From Octopus sinensis (lineage: Eukaryota), in the NCBI RefSeq assembly GCF_006345805.1, contig NW_021833870.1, positions 2,778-66,777 on the forward strand: a stretch of 64,000 bases of DNA, given 5' to 3'. The position numbers and the translations under genes were made by a program. A model generated the notes under the pieces. It did no database searches, had not been told where the DNA came from, and saw only the letters and a list, made by a program, of their open reading frames with translations. Below, piece by piece: positions 25,818 through 38,980 of this stretch (position 1 is the stretch's first letter; each line of letters opens with the position of its first letter).

Positions 25818-25862
<45 letters not shown>

Positions 25863-25887
25863 TATAAAATATATAATAATAATAATA

Positions 25888-25964
<77 letters not shown>

Positions 25965-26004
25965 TAATAATAATAATAAATAATAATAATAATAAATAAT
26001 AATG

Positions 26005-26052
<48 letters not shown>

Positions 26053-26239
26053 TAATAATAATAATAATAATAATATAATAATAATAATAATCATAATCAT
26101 ACTACTACTACTACTACTACTACTAATACTACTAATATAATAATAATAATAATAATAATAATATAATAATAATAATAATAATAATATAATAATAATAATA
26201 ATAATATAATAATAATAATAATAATAATAATACTAATAC

Positions 26240-26314
<75 letters not shown>

Positions 26315-26316
26315 AA

Positions 26317-26359
<43 letters not shown>

Positions 26360-26435
26360 AATGTATATAATAATAATAATAATAATAATAATATAATAAT
26401 ACTAATAATAATAATAATAATATAATGATAATAAT

Positions 26436-26473
<38 letters not shown>

Positions 26474-26500
26474 CAACACAACAACAATAACCGTAATAGT
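25750..26500. repeat. Large imperfect (AAT)n/(ACT)n microsatellite array
   Basis: Seen directly. Confidence 0.95.
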
Positions 26501-26644
26501 AATAATTGTGATGATGATGTTGATGATTTTTAAAAACTATATTTTCAAATAATAATGATCATATTGCTGATTATATTTTTTTGATAAAGCAGTAATAACG
26601 TCAAGATCAATAAAAGCAACGATAATAGCAACAAGAATGATAAG

Positions 26645-26760
26645 AATGATTTCAAATGTTTGGCACAAGGCCAGCAATATTGGAGGGGATGGCGAGTAAG
26701 TCGAATACATCGACTCCAGTGCTCAACTGGTACTCATTTTATCGACCACAAAAGGATGAA
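26645..26760 (-). mobile_element. Family-1 SINE 3' fragment
   Basis: ggcacaaggccagcaat..agtcgaatacatcgactccagtgctcaactggtactcattttatcgaccacaaaaggatgaaa. Confidence 0.65.
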
Positions 26761-26797
26761 ATAATAATAAATAATAACAACAACAACAGCAACAACA

Positions 26798-26870
<73 letters not shown>

Positions 26871-26873
<3 letters not shown>

Positions 26874-27487
26874 CACAAACCACCCCCAGTGCTTGAAAAG
26901 GATCACATCTCCCTCCTCTGGAACTTCACCATTTAAACTGACAGAAAGATAGATGCGAATAGGCCAGACAACGATGCGAATAGGCCAGACAACATATTGA
27001 AAGACTTCAGACAAAAATCATGCTTCCTCATTGATATGACTGTCCTGATCGTTATAAACTTATCTGTCAAGACCTACCCAAAACTGAGCAAATATAAAGA
27101 TCTTGAAATAGAAATTAGCAAAATGTGGAACCTGAAGACTAAAACAAGACCTGTTGTCATAGGTGCCCTGTGAATGATAGCAAAAGGGGCTGATTGCTAC
27201 CTAGCTAAGATACCAGGAAACCCCCAAATGGCAGAAATTCAAAAGATAGTGCTCATGGGAACTGCTCATATCCTACGCAAAATACTTTCTATGTAATCTC
27301 AAGTTTTAAAACAAACATAATTTTCTTATGGATCTTAAACATTCTCTAGAACAACACTATGTACAAAACCAAATATATGGCACCCTAGGCATAACACCAA
27401 CATGAACTTCCAACTTGTTGTCTCTTGAGGTCTCTGGGTGAGACCTGGAGCCAACTTGTACAAATGTAAAGCAAAAGTCAAGCATAA
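26871..27487 (+). mobile_element. R4/Dong-like non-LTR retrotransposon 3' fragment (subfamily A; RLE domain + 3' UTR)
   Basis: HKPPPVLEKDHISLLWNFTI*TDRKIDANRPD..CFLIDMTV..KLSKYKDLEIEISKMWNLKT..PVVIGAL..EIQKIVLMGTAHILRKILSM* (PD-(D/E)xK RLE); (AAT)n on both sides. Confidence 0.85.
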
Positions 27488-27513
27488 AATAATAATAATA
27501 ATAAATAATAATA

Positions 27514-27560
<47 letters not shown>

Positions 27561-27561
<1 letters not shown>

Positions 27562-29295
27562 GTTCTATTTAGCATCTGATATGCTAATAGAACTGGATGC
27601 GGATATAATGTTACGGCAAAACGATCACCAGCCACCTTTTATATATGGATGACCTAAAACTATACGCTGCAAATGACAAACACTGGAAACACTATTAAAG
27701 ACAGTTCATGGATTTACCAAAGAAATAGAATGAAATTTGGATTAGAAAAATGCGCCAAAGTAACCATGAAAAGAGGAAAACTAGTTAAGAGTAACAACAT
27801 CACACTAGATAAAACCAATGAAATAAAAGAATTAGACCAAAGCCAAACTTACAAATACTTAGGAATCCATGAACTAGATAAGACACAACACACACAAATG
27901 AAAGAGAAAATAAAATAAGAATATAGAGACGAGTTAGATCAATACTAAAACAGAGCTCAATGCTAAAAACAAGATAATAGGTATCAACACTTTAGCTGTC
28001 CCAGTTATAAGTTACAGCTACAATATCCTTAACTGGACACGAAATGAACTGTCCAAAATAGATAGGAAAACAAGAAAAATACTGACAGGATCTAGGATGC
28101 ATCACCCAAAATCTGACATAGAAAGACTATATATACAACGTATAGAAGGTGGTAGAGGCCTTATACAGCTGGAAAACTACTATAAAATAACAACCATAGG
28201 ACTGCAAAAATACCTACTTCAGAAGGAAGGAAAACTGATCCAGATAGCAGCAAAACACGAGCAAAACAAAAAACTGTTCTCAGTATTTAAGGAAGCTGAC
28301 AAATACAAACAAGAAATCATACCACCTAATAAACCAAGAAGAAGAAGAAGATGATGAAGAAACAACAAAAGCTATAAAACAAATGAAATCCAAACTAAAT
28401 AGAACAGCAACGAGCCATGATAAAACGATGGCAAGAAAAGCCCCTTCATGGTAAATACTGCACTAAACTAAACTAAACGCAAAAGAAATAGACAAAGAAA
28501 AATCCCAGCAATGGATGAGAAGCTCAGGACTCAAAGCAGAAACAGAGGGATTTTTAATTGCAGCACAAGACCAAAGCCTCCCCACCAGAATTACCAAAAC
28601 ATGTAATGAAAAGAAATATTACAAGTAAACTGCAGAATATGTGGAGATGGACAAGAAACAATAAATCATATTATCTCTAGCTGCCCAGTCCTGGCTAAGA
28701 AGGAATATATTCACAGACATGACAGAGTTGGAACCTACATACATTGGAAGCTATGCCAACATTATGGAATAACAACAGAAAAAAGATGGTATAGGCACAC
28801 ACCAGAAAAGGTCACAGAAACGAGAAAGCAACCATACTCTGGGATATGCCGATACACACAGATAGAGAAATTAAGGCCAACAGACCAGATATAGTTGTCA
28901 GAGACCATGAAGAAAAAAAATGCTTTCTAATTGAGGTATCAATACCGGCAGATGACAACGTGTCTCTAAAAGAAATGGAGAAACTCTCAAAATACAAGAC
29001 CTGGAAATAGAGGTAACTAGAATGTGGAACCTGAAAACAGAAACAATTCCTATCATAGTAGGTGCATTAGGCATGATAAAAAAATATTCAGACAAATACA
29101 TAACAAAAACACCAGGACTTACAAACACATATAACATACAGAAAATTGCACTACTAGGCACTGCACACATCCTACGCAGAACACTTTCCATACAATAACC
29201 ATCAGAGCATCACAACAAATCACAGCACATACCCAAGGCACACGGAGCTGCGCTCGGTAGTGAAGTGAAAGCACGCTATAAAAATAAATACTGAA
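27561..29295 (+). mobile_element. R4/Dong-like non-LTR retrotransposon, 5'-truncated (subfamily B; RT C-terminus, CCHC finger, RLE, 3' UTR)
   Basis: YMDDLKLYA (YMDD at 27642-27653), FGLEKCA, YKYLG, GGRGL, LKAETEGFLIAAQDQ, CRICG..ETINHIISSC, RHD, ANRPDIV, KLSKY, QKIALLGTAHILRR; frameshifted; flanked by (AAT)n. Confidence 0.92.
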
Positions 29296-29756
29296 TAATA
29301 ATAATAATCATAAGGAAAATAAGTGTAGAGAGGGAAGTGTTGTCTTCTGGCCAGTTTGCTGAGAAATGGATGAAACTGGCGAGAATGGTGCGAGTAAACG
29401 GGCCTGCCCTGAGCATACGCCTATAGTTGGAAAGAAGGAAAGAAGAAAAAGTGACCTGCCCCAAAAGTCAGGATACCCATGGCTTTTTTTATGGGGTTTT
29501 TCCATGAGCCGCCCTCGAACGTGTCCTCCCTACTGAGGATGACACATTGTTGATTTCTTTTTTCTTCTCTCTCTCTCTCTCTCTCTTTTTTATAAATTTG
29601 CTAGTCTTGTTTACACACAAAACACTCACAACACACTTACACATTCTTTTTGTCCTGTACTGACGATAATGTCTTTCTTAATGTAAACCATTTTTGATTA
29701 ATAAAGAAAAATAGATTATCATCATCATCATCATCATCATCATAATAATAATAATA

Positions 29757-29837
<81 letters not shown>

Positions 29838-29853
29838 ATTATTATTATTATTA

Positions 29854-29904
<51 letters not shown>

Positions 29905-30463
29905 GATATTGAGTGAGCAAGCAGAGCATGCCATCAAAGTGACACTGGGGTAAAATATACGAAGCCCAGTATACCCATCATGACTACCCGTCTGATAAGG
30001 GTACACCAGGCACATGCATCACAACCATATGTGCCTGACATGTGATCTCATATCAAGATAAACAGCACATGACCTTGCAGGTGGAGCCCAGTTAGAATTT
30101 TCTTCAGATCGAGTAACCCATCCCGCTCAAAAGGTCCCTGAATAAGGGTTGTATTTAAGGACGTTGAACGAAACACCCATGTTTCCAGAGGTGAATTATT
30201 CAACCCAAAGAATCCTTCTCAACACATGGCTATGATGCTCCCCCACTACTTCTGCTCGTGATCAGAGATGCACATATCGTCAGCCACTAAGGGACATGCT
30301 CAACTGGTTAAGGTCAAACAACTGACAAGCAAATCTGTGGTATTGAGCAGATATTTGCTGTAGCCCATCTTTTTACCAAGACAAAACAATGTACATGATA
30401 ACACTTCCAATCAGTTAAGATCAGAAGCCATGAGAGCCACTGCCTGGTACTGCATCAGGGCAT
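29905..30463. mobile_element. Uncharacterised ~560-bp non-coding element embedded in (TAA)n
   Basis: Complex, GC-balanced block with sharp borders to (ATT)n on both sides and no recognisable ORF. Confidence 0.5.
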
Positions 30464-30480
30464 TTATTATTACTATTAAT

Positions 30481-30556
<76 letters not shown>

Positions 30557-30595
30557 CATTATTATTATTATTATTTTCATTAAGTCAAAATTAAG

Positions 30596-30774
30596 AGAAG
30601 AGTGCCATTGTTATCTAGTGAGATATTTCGACATCTTGTGTGTCTTCAGGAGGAGTTACCCCAATCCTTTCTATATTAACCAAAATGAAGTAGATTGACA
30701 AATTTATTTTTGAGCCAGTTAAAGACACACAAGATGTCGAAATATAGTTCACTAGATAACAATGGCACTCTTCT
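30596..30774. mobile_element. MITE-like element with ~51-bp TIRs
   Basis: agaagagtgccattgttatctagtgagatatttcgacatcttgtgtgtctt / aagacacacaagatgtcgaaatatagttcactagataacaatggcactcttct. Confidence 0.75.
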
Positions 30775-30784
30775 ATTATTATTA

Positions 30785-30819
<35 letters not shown>

Positions 30820-30823
30820 CATC

Positions 30824-30865
30824 ATTATTCAGTAGTTTTATTTTTATAGCGTGCCTTCACTTCAC
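30824..30865 (-). mobile_element. 3'-terminal ~42 bp of the R4/Dong subfamily B element, inverted
   Basis: The reverse complement gtgaagtgaaggcacgctataaaaataaaactactgaataat matches 29260-29299; abuts (ATT)n. Confidence 0.75.
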
Positions 30866-31715
30866 GTCAGAAACGTTAGCACGCCGGGCGAAATGTTTAG
30901 CGGTATTTCGTCTGCCGCTACGTTCCGGGTTCAAATTCCGCCGAGGTCGACTTTGCCTTTCATCCCTTCGGGGTCGATTAAATAAGTACCAGTTACGCAC
31001 TGGGGTCGATATAATCGGCTCAATCCGTTTGTCTGTCCTTGTTTGTCCCCTCTGTGTTTACTACTTGGCCTGTTTACTACTTGTGGGTAGTAAAGAAATA
31101 GGTATTTCGCCTGTCGTTACGTTCTAAGTTCAAATTTCACCGCAGTCGACTTTGTCTTTCATCCTTTCGGGGTCGATAAATTAAGTACCAGTTTCGTAAT
31201 GGGGTCGATGTAATCGACTTAATCTCTTTGTCTGTCATTGTTTGTCTCCTTTATGTTTAGCCCCTTCTGGGCAATAAAGAAATAAGAAACGTTGGCAAGC
31301 CGGGCGAAATGCTTAGCGATATTTCGTCTGTCTTTACCTTCTGAGTTCAAATTCTACCGAGGTCGACTTTGCCATTCATCCTTTCGCAGTCGATAAATTA
31401 AGTATCAGTTGCGTACAGGGATCGATCTAATCGACTGGCCCCCTATCCTAAAATTTCCAGCCTTGTGCCCAGAGTAGAAAATAATATTTTTAAAAGGCGG
31501 TGAGCTGGCAGAAACGTTAGCATACCGGGCGAAATGCTTACCAGTATTTTGTCTGCCTTAACATTCTGCGTTCAAATTCCGCTGAAGTCGACTTTACCGT
31601 TTCATCCTTTCGGGATCGGAAAATTAAGTACCAGATTTTTACTGGCATCAATCTAATGGACTGACTCCCTCCCCCAAAATTCTTGGCCTTGTGCTCAGTG
31701 TAGAAAAAATATTTT
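30866..31715 (+). mobile_element. Tandem tetramer of the family-1 SINE
   Basis: Four successive gttcaaatt..gtcgacttt..tcatcc.ttcg cores with two alternative tail types. Confidence 0.88.
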
Positions 31716-31824
31716 TCTTACACGCCGCTGGTACTCTCTTTTTGTCTTTTCCTTCATGTCGTGATGTTTGATTCCATCTGCATCAAGTATTCCCATGTAT
31801 TTATAGCTGGACTGAGGTTGAATT

Positions 31825-31886
31825 GCCTTCACCATTTTACCATTATTATCATTATCATTATCAATATTATTATTATTATTATATTA

Positions 31887-31924
<38 letters not shown>

Positions 31925-31927
31925 GTT

Positions 31928-31962
<35 letters not shown>

Positions 31963-32190
31963 GGTGGTGGTGGTGGTGGTGGTGGCAGCAGCGGCAGCGG
32001 CGGCGGTGGTGGTGGTGGTGGCTCTTTGGTGGTGGTTGTTTGGTGGTGGTGGTGGTGGTGGTGGTGGTTTGGTGGTGGTGGTGGTGGAGGCGGTGGTGGT
32101 GGTGGTGGTGATAGAGGCGGCGCTGGTATTAATGGTGATACTTCTTGGCCTGCTGATGGCGGCAGTGGTGCGACAGTGACGGTGGTACTG
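31825..32190. repeat. Compound (ATT)n-(GTA)n-(GGT)n low-complexity tract
   Basis: Seen directly; accounts for the poly-Pro and poly-Val ORFs. Confidence 0.9.
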
Positions 32191-32593
32191 GGGGGGGAGG
32201 AGTGATGGTACCTGTGCAAGTAATGGTGACTGACTGACGAGTCAATCGGTATAATAGAAAATGAACCAAGTTCACGCATACGCATTCACACACCCAAACC
32301 TCACCATCACCCTCTCCCTCCCTCTGTCATATTCACCTTCTCTGCCTGTCGCCATCTTTATTTTTTTCGTGTCTCTCTTGTAAGATGTTAAATTTAATAA
32401 GTTATATGTTGTTATGACGCCTCATTGATAAGAAGACGGAAAATGGATAAATAAATAAATAAATATGGAACAGTAAGAAAAAAGTGAAGAATATTGTGAA
32501 CTGGAATCAAATTCAATAACACGAACAGCAGTCTTAATGTGACGAGTATGTATATATATATATGTATGTATATATATGTATATATATATATGT

Positions 32594-32653
<60 letters not shown>

Positions 32654-32950
32654 GTATGTATTTATGTATATATATATATATATACATATATATAATACAT
32701 ACATCTATATATACATATATATATATATATGTACATATACATATATATACATATATATACATAATATATACATATATATAGATAGATTAATACACATATA
32801 TATCAATCTATCTATCTCTCTATATACATATATATATATATAATATATATATTAATATATATATTATATATATGTACATGCATACACAGACATACATATA
32901 TATGGATAGATAGATAAAATACACAACACACACACACCACACATATATAT

Positions 32951-32987
<37 letters not shown>

Positions 32988-33414
32988 ATACATACATATA
33001 TATATATATAGACTATATATATTAATATATTTTTAATCTATAATTAAAATTAATATTTAGATTATACCTATGTATATACGAGTGTATGCATGTATGTGTG
33101 TATTACTTTATGCTTCCATATATATTTTATTTACATAAATATATATAACATGTTTCTATAAGATATATATCTACACCCAGATATATAATATTAACAAATA
33201 TGTTTATACACTTTGTAATAGCTTACAATTGTGTGTGTGTGTGTTTCTGTATTCATATATATATAGTTTCGGATGTCGGGGCGGAAACCCACGCCAGAGT
33301 TTTATCATGGCTACCGAATAATTGTCACATATTATATTTACAGATAAATTCCTCTATTTGCATAATATCGAGGTCACTTTCATTCTTTTGTTGTCTTGCC
33401 ATTTCTACCAATAT

Positions 33415-34318
33415 ATATATGACCGGTTCGCAGAACACCTCCGAGACATCTGACTCGGCAATGACACCCAGGTCTCGCACCATTTCCGGTTTACCGGTCA
33501 CTCTTTGCAACACATGTCCGTGTTCGGATTGTCCCTGCACAGTGGCCATCTGGACTCCCGTTTGCGCCGTGAACAGGGATTAATCTTCACTCTTCGCTCC
33601 TTTGCGTCACATGGGCTCAGCTCTTTTCCCCTCTTCATCTAATCTCCTCCCCACACCTACTTCCTCCCACCCACCTTTCCTCTCTTGCTCCAACTCCTAC
33701 TTCTCTTCACTCCTACCACCTTCTCCTTCCCCTTCATCGTCACCCCTCCCTCGTAAGCCCAACCCACCCCATCTCTTACACCCACTCCCACATACCCCAC
33801 CCCTAACCGGACCCTCTGCCTACCCACATACCCCACCCTCAGCTTGACCCACACTCTACCCGTGCTTTCCCCAGTCTCGCCTCCCCTATCTCCCAACACC
33901 ATCACACCACACATCACTACACCATACATCACCATACCACACAACACATCACATCACACCACTACGCACACAATAGCACTGACCACTTCCCAGACCCACA
34001 TTTTCACACCGACACACACACACACGCACACGTCAAGATCAACAGCCCTATTCCACACGGACATACAAACACTCTTATACACACGCACGCGCACCTCCGT
34101 TTTGGGATCACCACTGCTTTATTATCTCTCCTTCTGCCTAGCTCTCCTGTGTGACCCTTCTGTCCGGCATTCGCCATGATAGATCGCTAGCCACAACACA
34201 TTCTTTATGTTCTCTCCCTGTTTCTTTCTGTGTTCCCTTCTGTAGAAAAGCGTAGGCTTCTGTTTGTTGTCCTACACCACCTGTCTTCGTCTTTTGTTCT
34301 TTTGTGAATTTTCCTCCT
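33415..34318 (+). mobile_element. PLE 3' fragment: GIY-YIG C-terminus, low-complexity 3' UTR and family-C terminal repeat
   Basis: DRFAEHLRDI*LGNDTQVSHHFRFTGHSLQHMSVFGLSLHSGHLDSRLRREQGLIFTLRSFASHGL; the tail atgatagatcgctagccac..ctgtagaaaagcgtaggc ends at (TA)n. Confidence 0.8.
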
Positions 34319-34321
34319 ATA

Positions 34322-34412
<91 letters not shown>

Positions 34413-35426
34413 TATATATATTGAGAGGGAGAGAGATACACATGAATATTTTTATCCTTTAAGTTCATTTACGGAATACGTTTTTGACTTGGCACATAAA
34501 AGCTGCTATGATATATATTCACACCCACACGCATACTATATACCTATATTTATATATACATAATATGTCACAATTCTCTGGGAAAGATACCCGTAATTCA
34601 TGTAGGTAACATTCTCAGGTGATCTGATTGGTGGTGTGTTGCGTCTTAGTTCTATAATCGGACATCACCTAGGTGTGTTGGTATATATCTCTCTTCCTGT
34701 AAACATTATACACACATACCTCTGTAAAGGCTGAAACGAAATCCACTATCAATCTGGTAGTCTCTGCTTGTTCGCTGCACATGTGGAAGAAGGAATAATG
34801 GTGCTGTGTCTTAGGTATATAATGAATCCCTTGTAATGAGGTATGAAAGGAAAATAAACCCTGGAATAGGACCCCAACCCCTCGCAACTGTCTGTTACTC
34901 TCTGAGAATTAGCGAACTAAGTTAATGCAGGACAGTGGTCTGTTATGAATGTTTTATATTCATTTTGGAAATACATCTCTCTATGTATTTCGTCTGCTGG
35001 ATTCATGAATGTCACCTGTGTTGGTGATGCCTCTTATACGGAAATGCGTGTCCACACCTGTCTGTCCTATTATCTCCAAACAGACTGACCGCCTTATTTT
35101 AATGGCGTGCCAACTTTTAGAAAATTCTTGACTCTTGAAATTATCTCCCCTTCTCGGGTTGATCGCAGCAACCACCAGGCAAAGCAATAACTAGTAGTTA
35201 TTATTTTGGCGAAGGAAAGATAATCTCTTTAAAATTTTTGTCATTAATACATATTAATATATGTATATGCGCGTGTCTTTGTGTTCGTTTGTAAACAAAT
35301 TCCCATGCCTGTCTTTAGTAAATGCACATTTTGTGTAGTTATGATAAATAGACCATTGTCGTTCGAATGGATTGGAAGGCAATTCGAATAGTTGGCCAGT
35401 CATCGGGATGTTTATTTTGTCCGTTC

Positions 35427-35462
<36 letters not shown>

Positions 35463-35547
35463 TTTGCAACAGCAATTGAAAGCAGACATTTCTTTCATAT
35501 TTACCTAAGTGTACATTTTCTGGCATCGCATAGAATTATACATATTT

Positions 35548-35720
35548 GACGCGCTTGTAATGCAAGACGAAACTAGTCGATGCTGGTAGCTATTCCTTTT
35601 GATTCCAAACTAATTTAAGTACAGAGAAAGTGGTCGATCAGTTGAAGTAAATATGTCTGATGCGCTTGTAATGAAAGACAGAACTATTCGATGCTGGTAG
35701 CTATTTCTTTTGATTCAAAT
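35548..35720 (+). repeat. Direct repeat, 2 copies, 111-bp period
   Basis: ga(c/t)gcgcttgtaatg.aagac..aacta.tcgatgctggtagctatt.cttttgattc at 35548 and 35659. Confidence 0.8.
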
Positions 35721-36304
35721 TAATAACATACGTGCTAGCGGTTGTTTTCATATAGATGTTGGTGATATTGTTGGAAAAGAGTGCGGATACCATCAGTAAG
35801 ATGTCAAGATCGGCTTCACATGAACTAAATGTTTCCCTCTCTACAGAACAAAGATCTGGAATCCAACCCGATATAATAAAAGAGGTTAATTTCTTTTTAA
35901 ATCTTCCATCGAGAGAAAATACTCAAATATCTAACAAAATTTAAGAATCCGAAACACATCCGTGTTTCATCAGACAAAACTAAAAATATGTACGAAACTG
36001 ATATCCTTACATGCCATAAACACCTTTCCAAAAATATCTCTAAGACATAGAAGAAAGCCAACTCTAGTACTTCCCATAGCATTAATTTAGAAGCTATCTA
36101 CCTAAAAATAAACGAAAGAGTAGAAGCTTTTGCGTGAGGTGAACCATACATTGCTTTTAAAGAGAAATATATATCCTGATCCGCCAAAATGTAAATTAAT
36201 GAATGCGCGAGATAAAGGGAGATAAGTAGGGCCAAGGAAAATATTTTAGATTGCAATATTTTTAGTATTTGACCGGTCGCTTATTTTCTACTATGGAATA
36301 ACTT

Positions 36305-36560
36305 ATACCATTGTTATTATGTTAAACTGTCGTATGTCCAAATTTGGCCAAATGCATGTTTTCAATATTTATTTTTGCTTGCAATAGCCGGTTCTTTTGG
36401 TCAAACTATCGTATCTCCAGCTGCTTCAGATGCCAAGATATCAAAAATTGTCAAAGTGTAATACAACAGTTTTGCTATGGAATAGTAAAATTATTTTTTC
36501 GTTTTCTGAAAAAGCAACGTTTTGGATTTACGACACTTTTGCATAATAGCAATGATGATT
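36305..36560 (+). repeat. Interspersed ~260-bp repeat inserted in the PLE; inverted copy at 58618-58870
   Basis: tatgttaaactgtcgtatgtccaaatttggcc..gccaagatatcaaaaattgtcaaagtg..ttttgcataatagcaa matches the reverse complement of 58618-58870. Confidence 0.75.
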
Positions 36561-36808
36561 AATACCTTTGTAAATTGGATGTCGATATAGTAAGGTTATA
36601 CCTGTCCATAATTAAACCCCCTGTTAAAAATATCTTTAGAATTCGTTTTATTCGAGATAGTGTTTCGGATATTTATACTATTAGGCATGCTAGGAATCCT
36701 TTACTATTTTACAATAATTTTGCTTGAGTTAAACATGATGTCGTGATTAGATGGCACGTCTGGACTGAGGTGTGCAAATTGATATGACTTACATCTTAAA
36801 TTTCCTTC

Positions 36809-37056
36809 AGAAGAGATTCCTCTCTGCAGACTTCGGCCTCTACCTTGATGAAGGATTATTCGTTTTGTGCAGCAGAAATTCCTCTTTGCAGAATTCAGCT
36901 TCTACCTCGATGAAGGACTATTCGTTTTGCGCAGAAGAGATTCCTCTCTGCAGAATTCGGCCTCTACTTCAGTGAAGGACTATTCGTTTTGCGCAGAAGA
37001 GATTCCTCTCTCTAGAATTCGGCCTCTACCTCGACGAAGAACTATTCGCTTTGCGA
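36809..37056 (+). repeat. 62-bp tandem repeat x4 spanning the PLE RT catalytic motif
   Basis: Units start at 36809, 36871, 36933 and 36995; each encodes FGLYL(D/S)EGLF-like sequence in a shifted frame. Confidence 0.9.
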
Positions 37057-38685
37057 GGCATAACTGACAACCGAATGGGCGCTTTGGAGAATAGGTCCAC
37101 CAACATATTCAAAGTTAGATTTGAAGATCACAATAGATAAAAATCTGAATACAATTAATATCTTTGATAAAACTCTACATTTAGATACTGGTAAATATTT
37201 ATAGTAAACCTAATGGAAAATTGTAGTACATTGATATAAATTCCAACTATCTCACAGTAAAACTTGGAAACTTTGTTAATAATCTTAATAAATCAAAATC
37301 CAGCTGAACCTTCGATGAGGAATCCTTTAACCGTCCAGCTCATTGAGTTGCTCCATAGAAAGAACATATTATATACAGAACAGTACTAAATACTCATAAG
37401 TTCTTAAAGGTACAGCGCTCAATATAATTTGAATGCTCGTTCCAATGTTTCCAGGATTTTATGAACCTTGTAAAGATGTATTTCTTCGGCGACCAGCTTT
37501 AATGTGACCTTTAGTTGCATCAAAATCTTCAATGCATTCGTAATCAGTATAAATAGAATAAAACTTTGCACTACGAACACGCAAAATTCTTCTCTCCTCT
37601 GTGGTTGCAACGACAATGATATATGCCTTCTTAATGGCGTGTATCCTCACTAAAGCATTTATTTGCTGAGACGAAGTCTCTCTTGTAAATGACGGTGAAA
37701 TAATTAACTATATTGGGCTTATTGATTTTCGCCCAACGGATAAATACATTCAGACAATAGGAGTGATGCTATATCACATCATTATCTAAATACACCCAGA
37801 GTTTAAAAGATGTAATGTTAAGAAGTTGAATATCAACTGATCGATTACAGAGTACGTTTTCCCCCTACATCTCCATATTAATTGTTTGGAAACGGAAGTC
37901 TTTTCTTCCAGAGAGTTATGACACTCTATTGCAGTCTTTTGCAAATTTGAATCAGTGATTGAAGTTGGTCAATTCTTGCAGACATTTCAATCGATATTTA
38001 TCGCAGAATTTTCAATTAGCAACTGGTAAAAATAATTTATTTCCCACATAATAGAACTGTCATAACTTTAGTTATTCATTCCGCACTCGATAGTATCCAC
38101 TTTCCTTAGTTTCATGTGTTTGTACACATATGATACCAAAGGTGTGATATACCCATATGAGTACTGAATATATATTACGTAATATGTGTCCAAAGATTGA
38201 ATGTATGACGCATTTTATAACGTCTTTTTTCACAGCCAATCATATTTCGAATATTTTTGCTTATATATTGTCATGTTGCTCCAACATTCAGCTATTCCTC
38301 AAATTCTAAAACTTCATAAATCAATTTTTTTTTTGGTTCTCTGTGTTTTATTCATATGATACTGAAACCGTGAATGTGCAATACATTTATGTGAAAATTG
38401 AATACATTGTGTCCACTACGCATCAAAAATTAAGATGTGAATGTTTGACACGCTTTCCAGCTGCTTTACAGCATCCAGTCAAATTTCGAAGACATATCTC
38501 GGGTGCTACAAATATTGTTGTTTATATATTGTCACACTCACTACCATCTTCAGTCGTTCAAATAAACAACAGGACACTCGGAGTAACAATTCAATGAACT
38601 TCAATTTCTCATAAAATATATTCAGCTCTAATTTTCGTTGGTTGCAAATACAACAAATAGAAGCGTAAACAATTCTGAACATATA

Positions 38686-38760
<75 letters not shown>

Positions 38761-38980
38761 TGTATATATATATATTTATATATATAAAACAGTACTGGGA
38801 GGATAAGAAACGGAACGAAGCGACGAATCGAATCGAACCCGACGCGAAGGCGCTGTCAGACAATAGTGTAATAAATAAAATATATGCATACATACAAACA
38901 TATATGTACATACCTACATCTACATGTATATATACATGCATATATAAATATATATACGTAAGTACAGGACACGACAACAA

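Larger units (their letters stand above)
35780..37370 (+). pseudogene. Decayed PLE reverse transcriptase of a second lineage, interrupted by an insertion and an internal tandem repeat
   Basis: SSDKTKNMYE, NISKT*KKA, INLEA, PKCKLMN, ILDCNI, DVDIVRLYLSI, EVCKLI, GLYLD(E/D), LDLKITIDKNLNTINIFDKTLHLDTGKY, SKPN and FDEESFN, collinear with the ADKT..NITKTYKKA..PKCRLINP..GLYRDDGL..LKITI type of PLE RT. Confidence 0.75.

Noticed and set aside
34981-35187. Protocadherin-like N-terminus (VDTHFRIRGITNTGDI)
   Set aside because: Only a superficial resemblance; no cadherin motifs (DxNDN, LDRE) follow and the frame stops after 68 aa.
37419-37650. Minus-strand ORFs (IYTDYECIEDF)
   Set aside because: No family could be assigned with confidence; short and interrupted.
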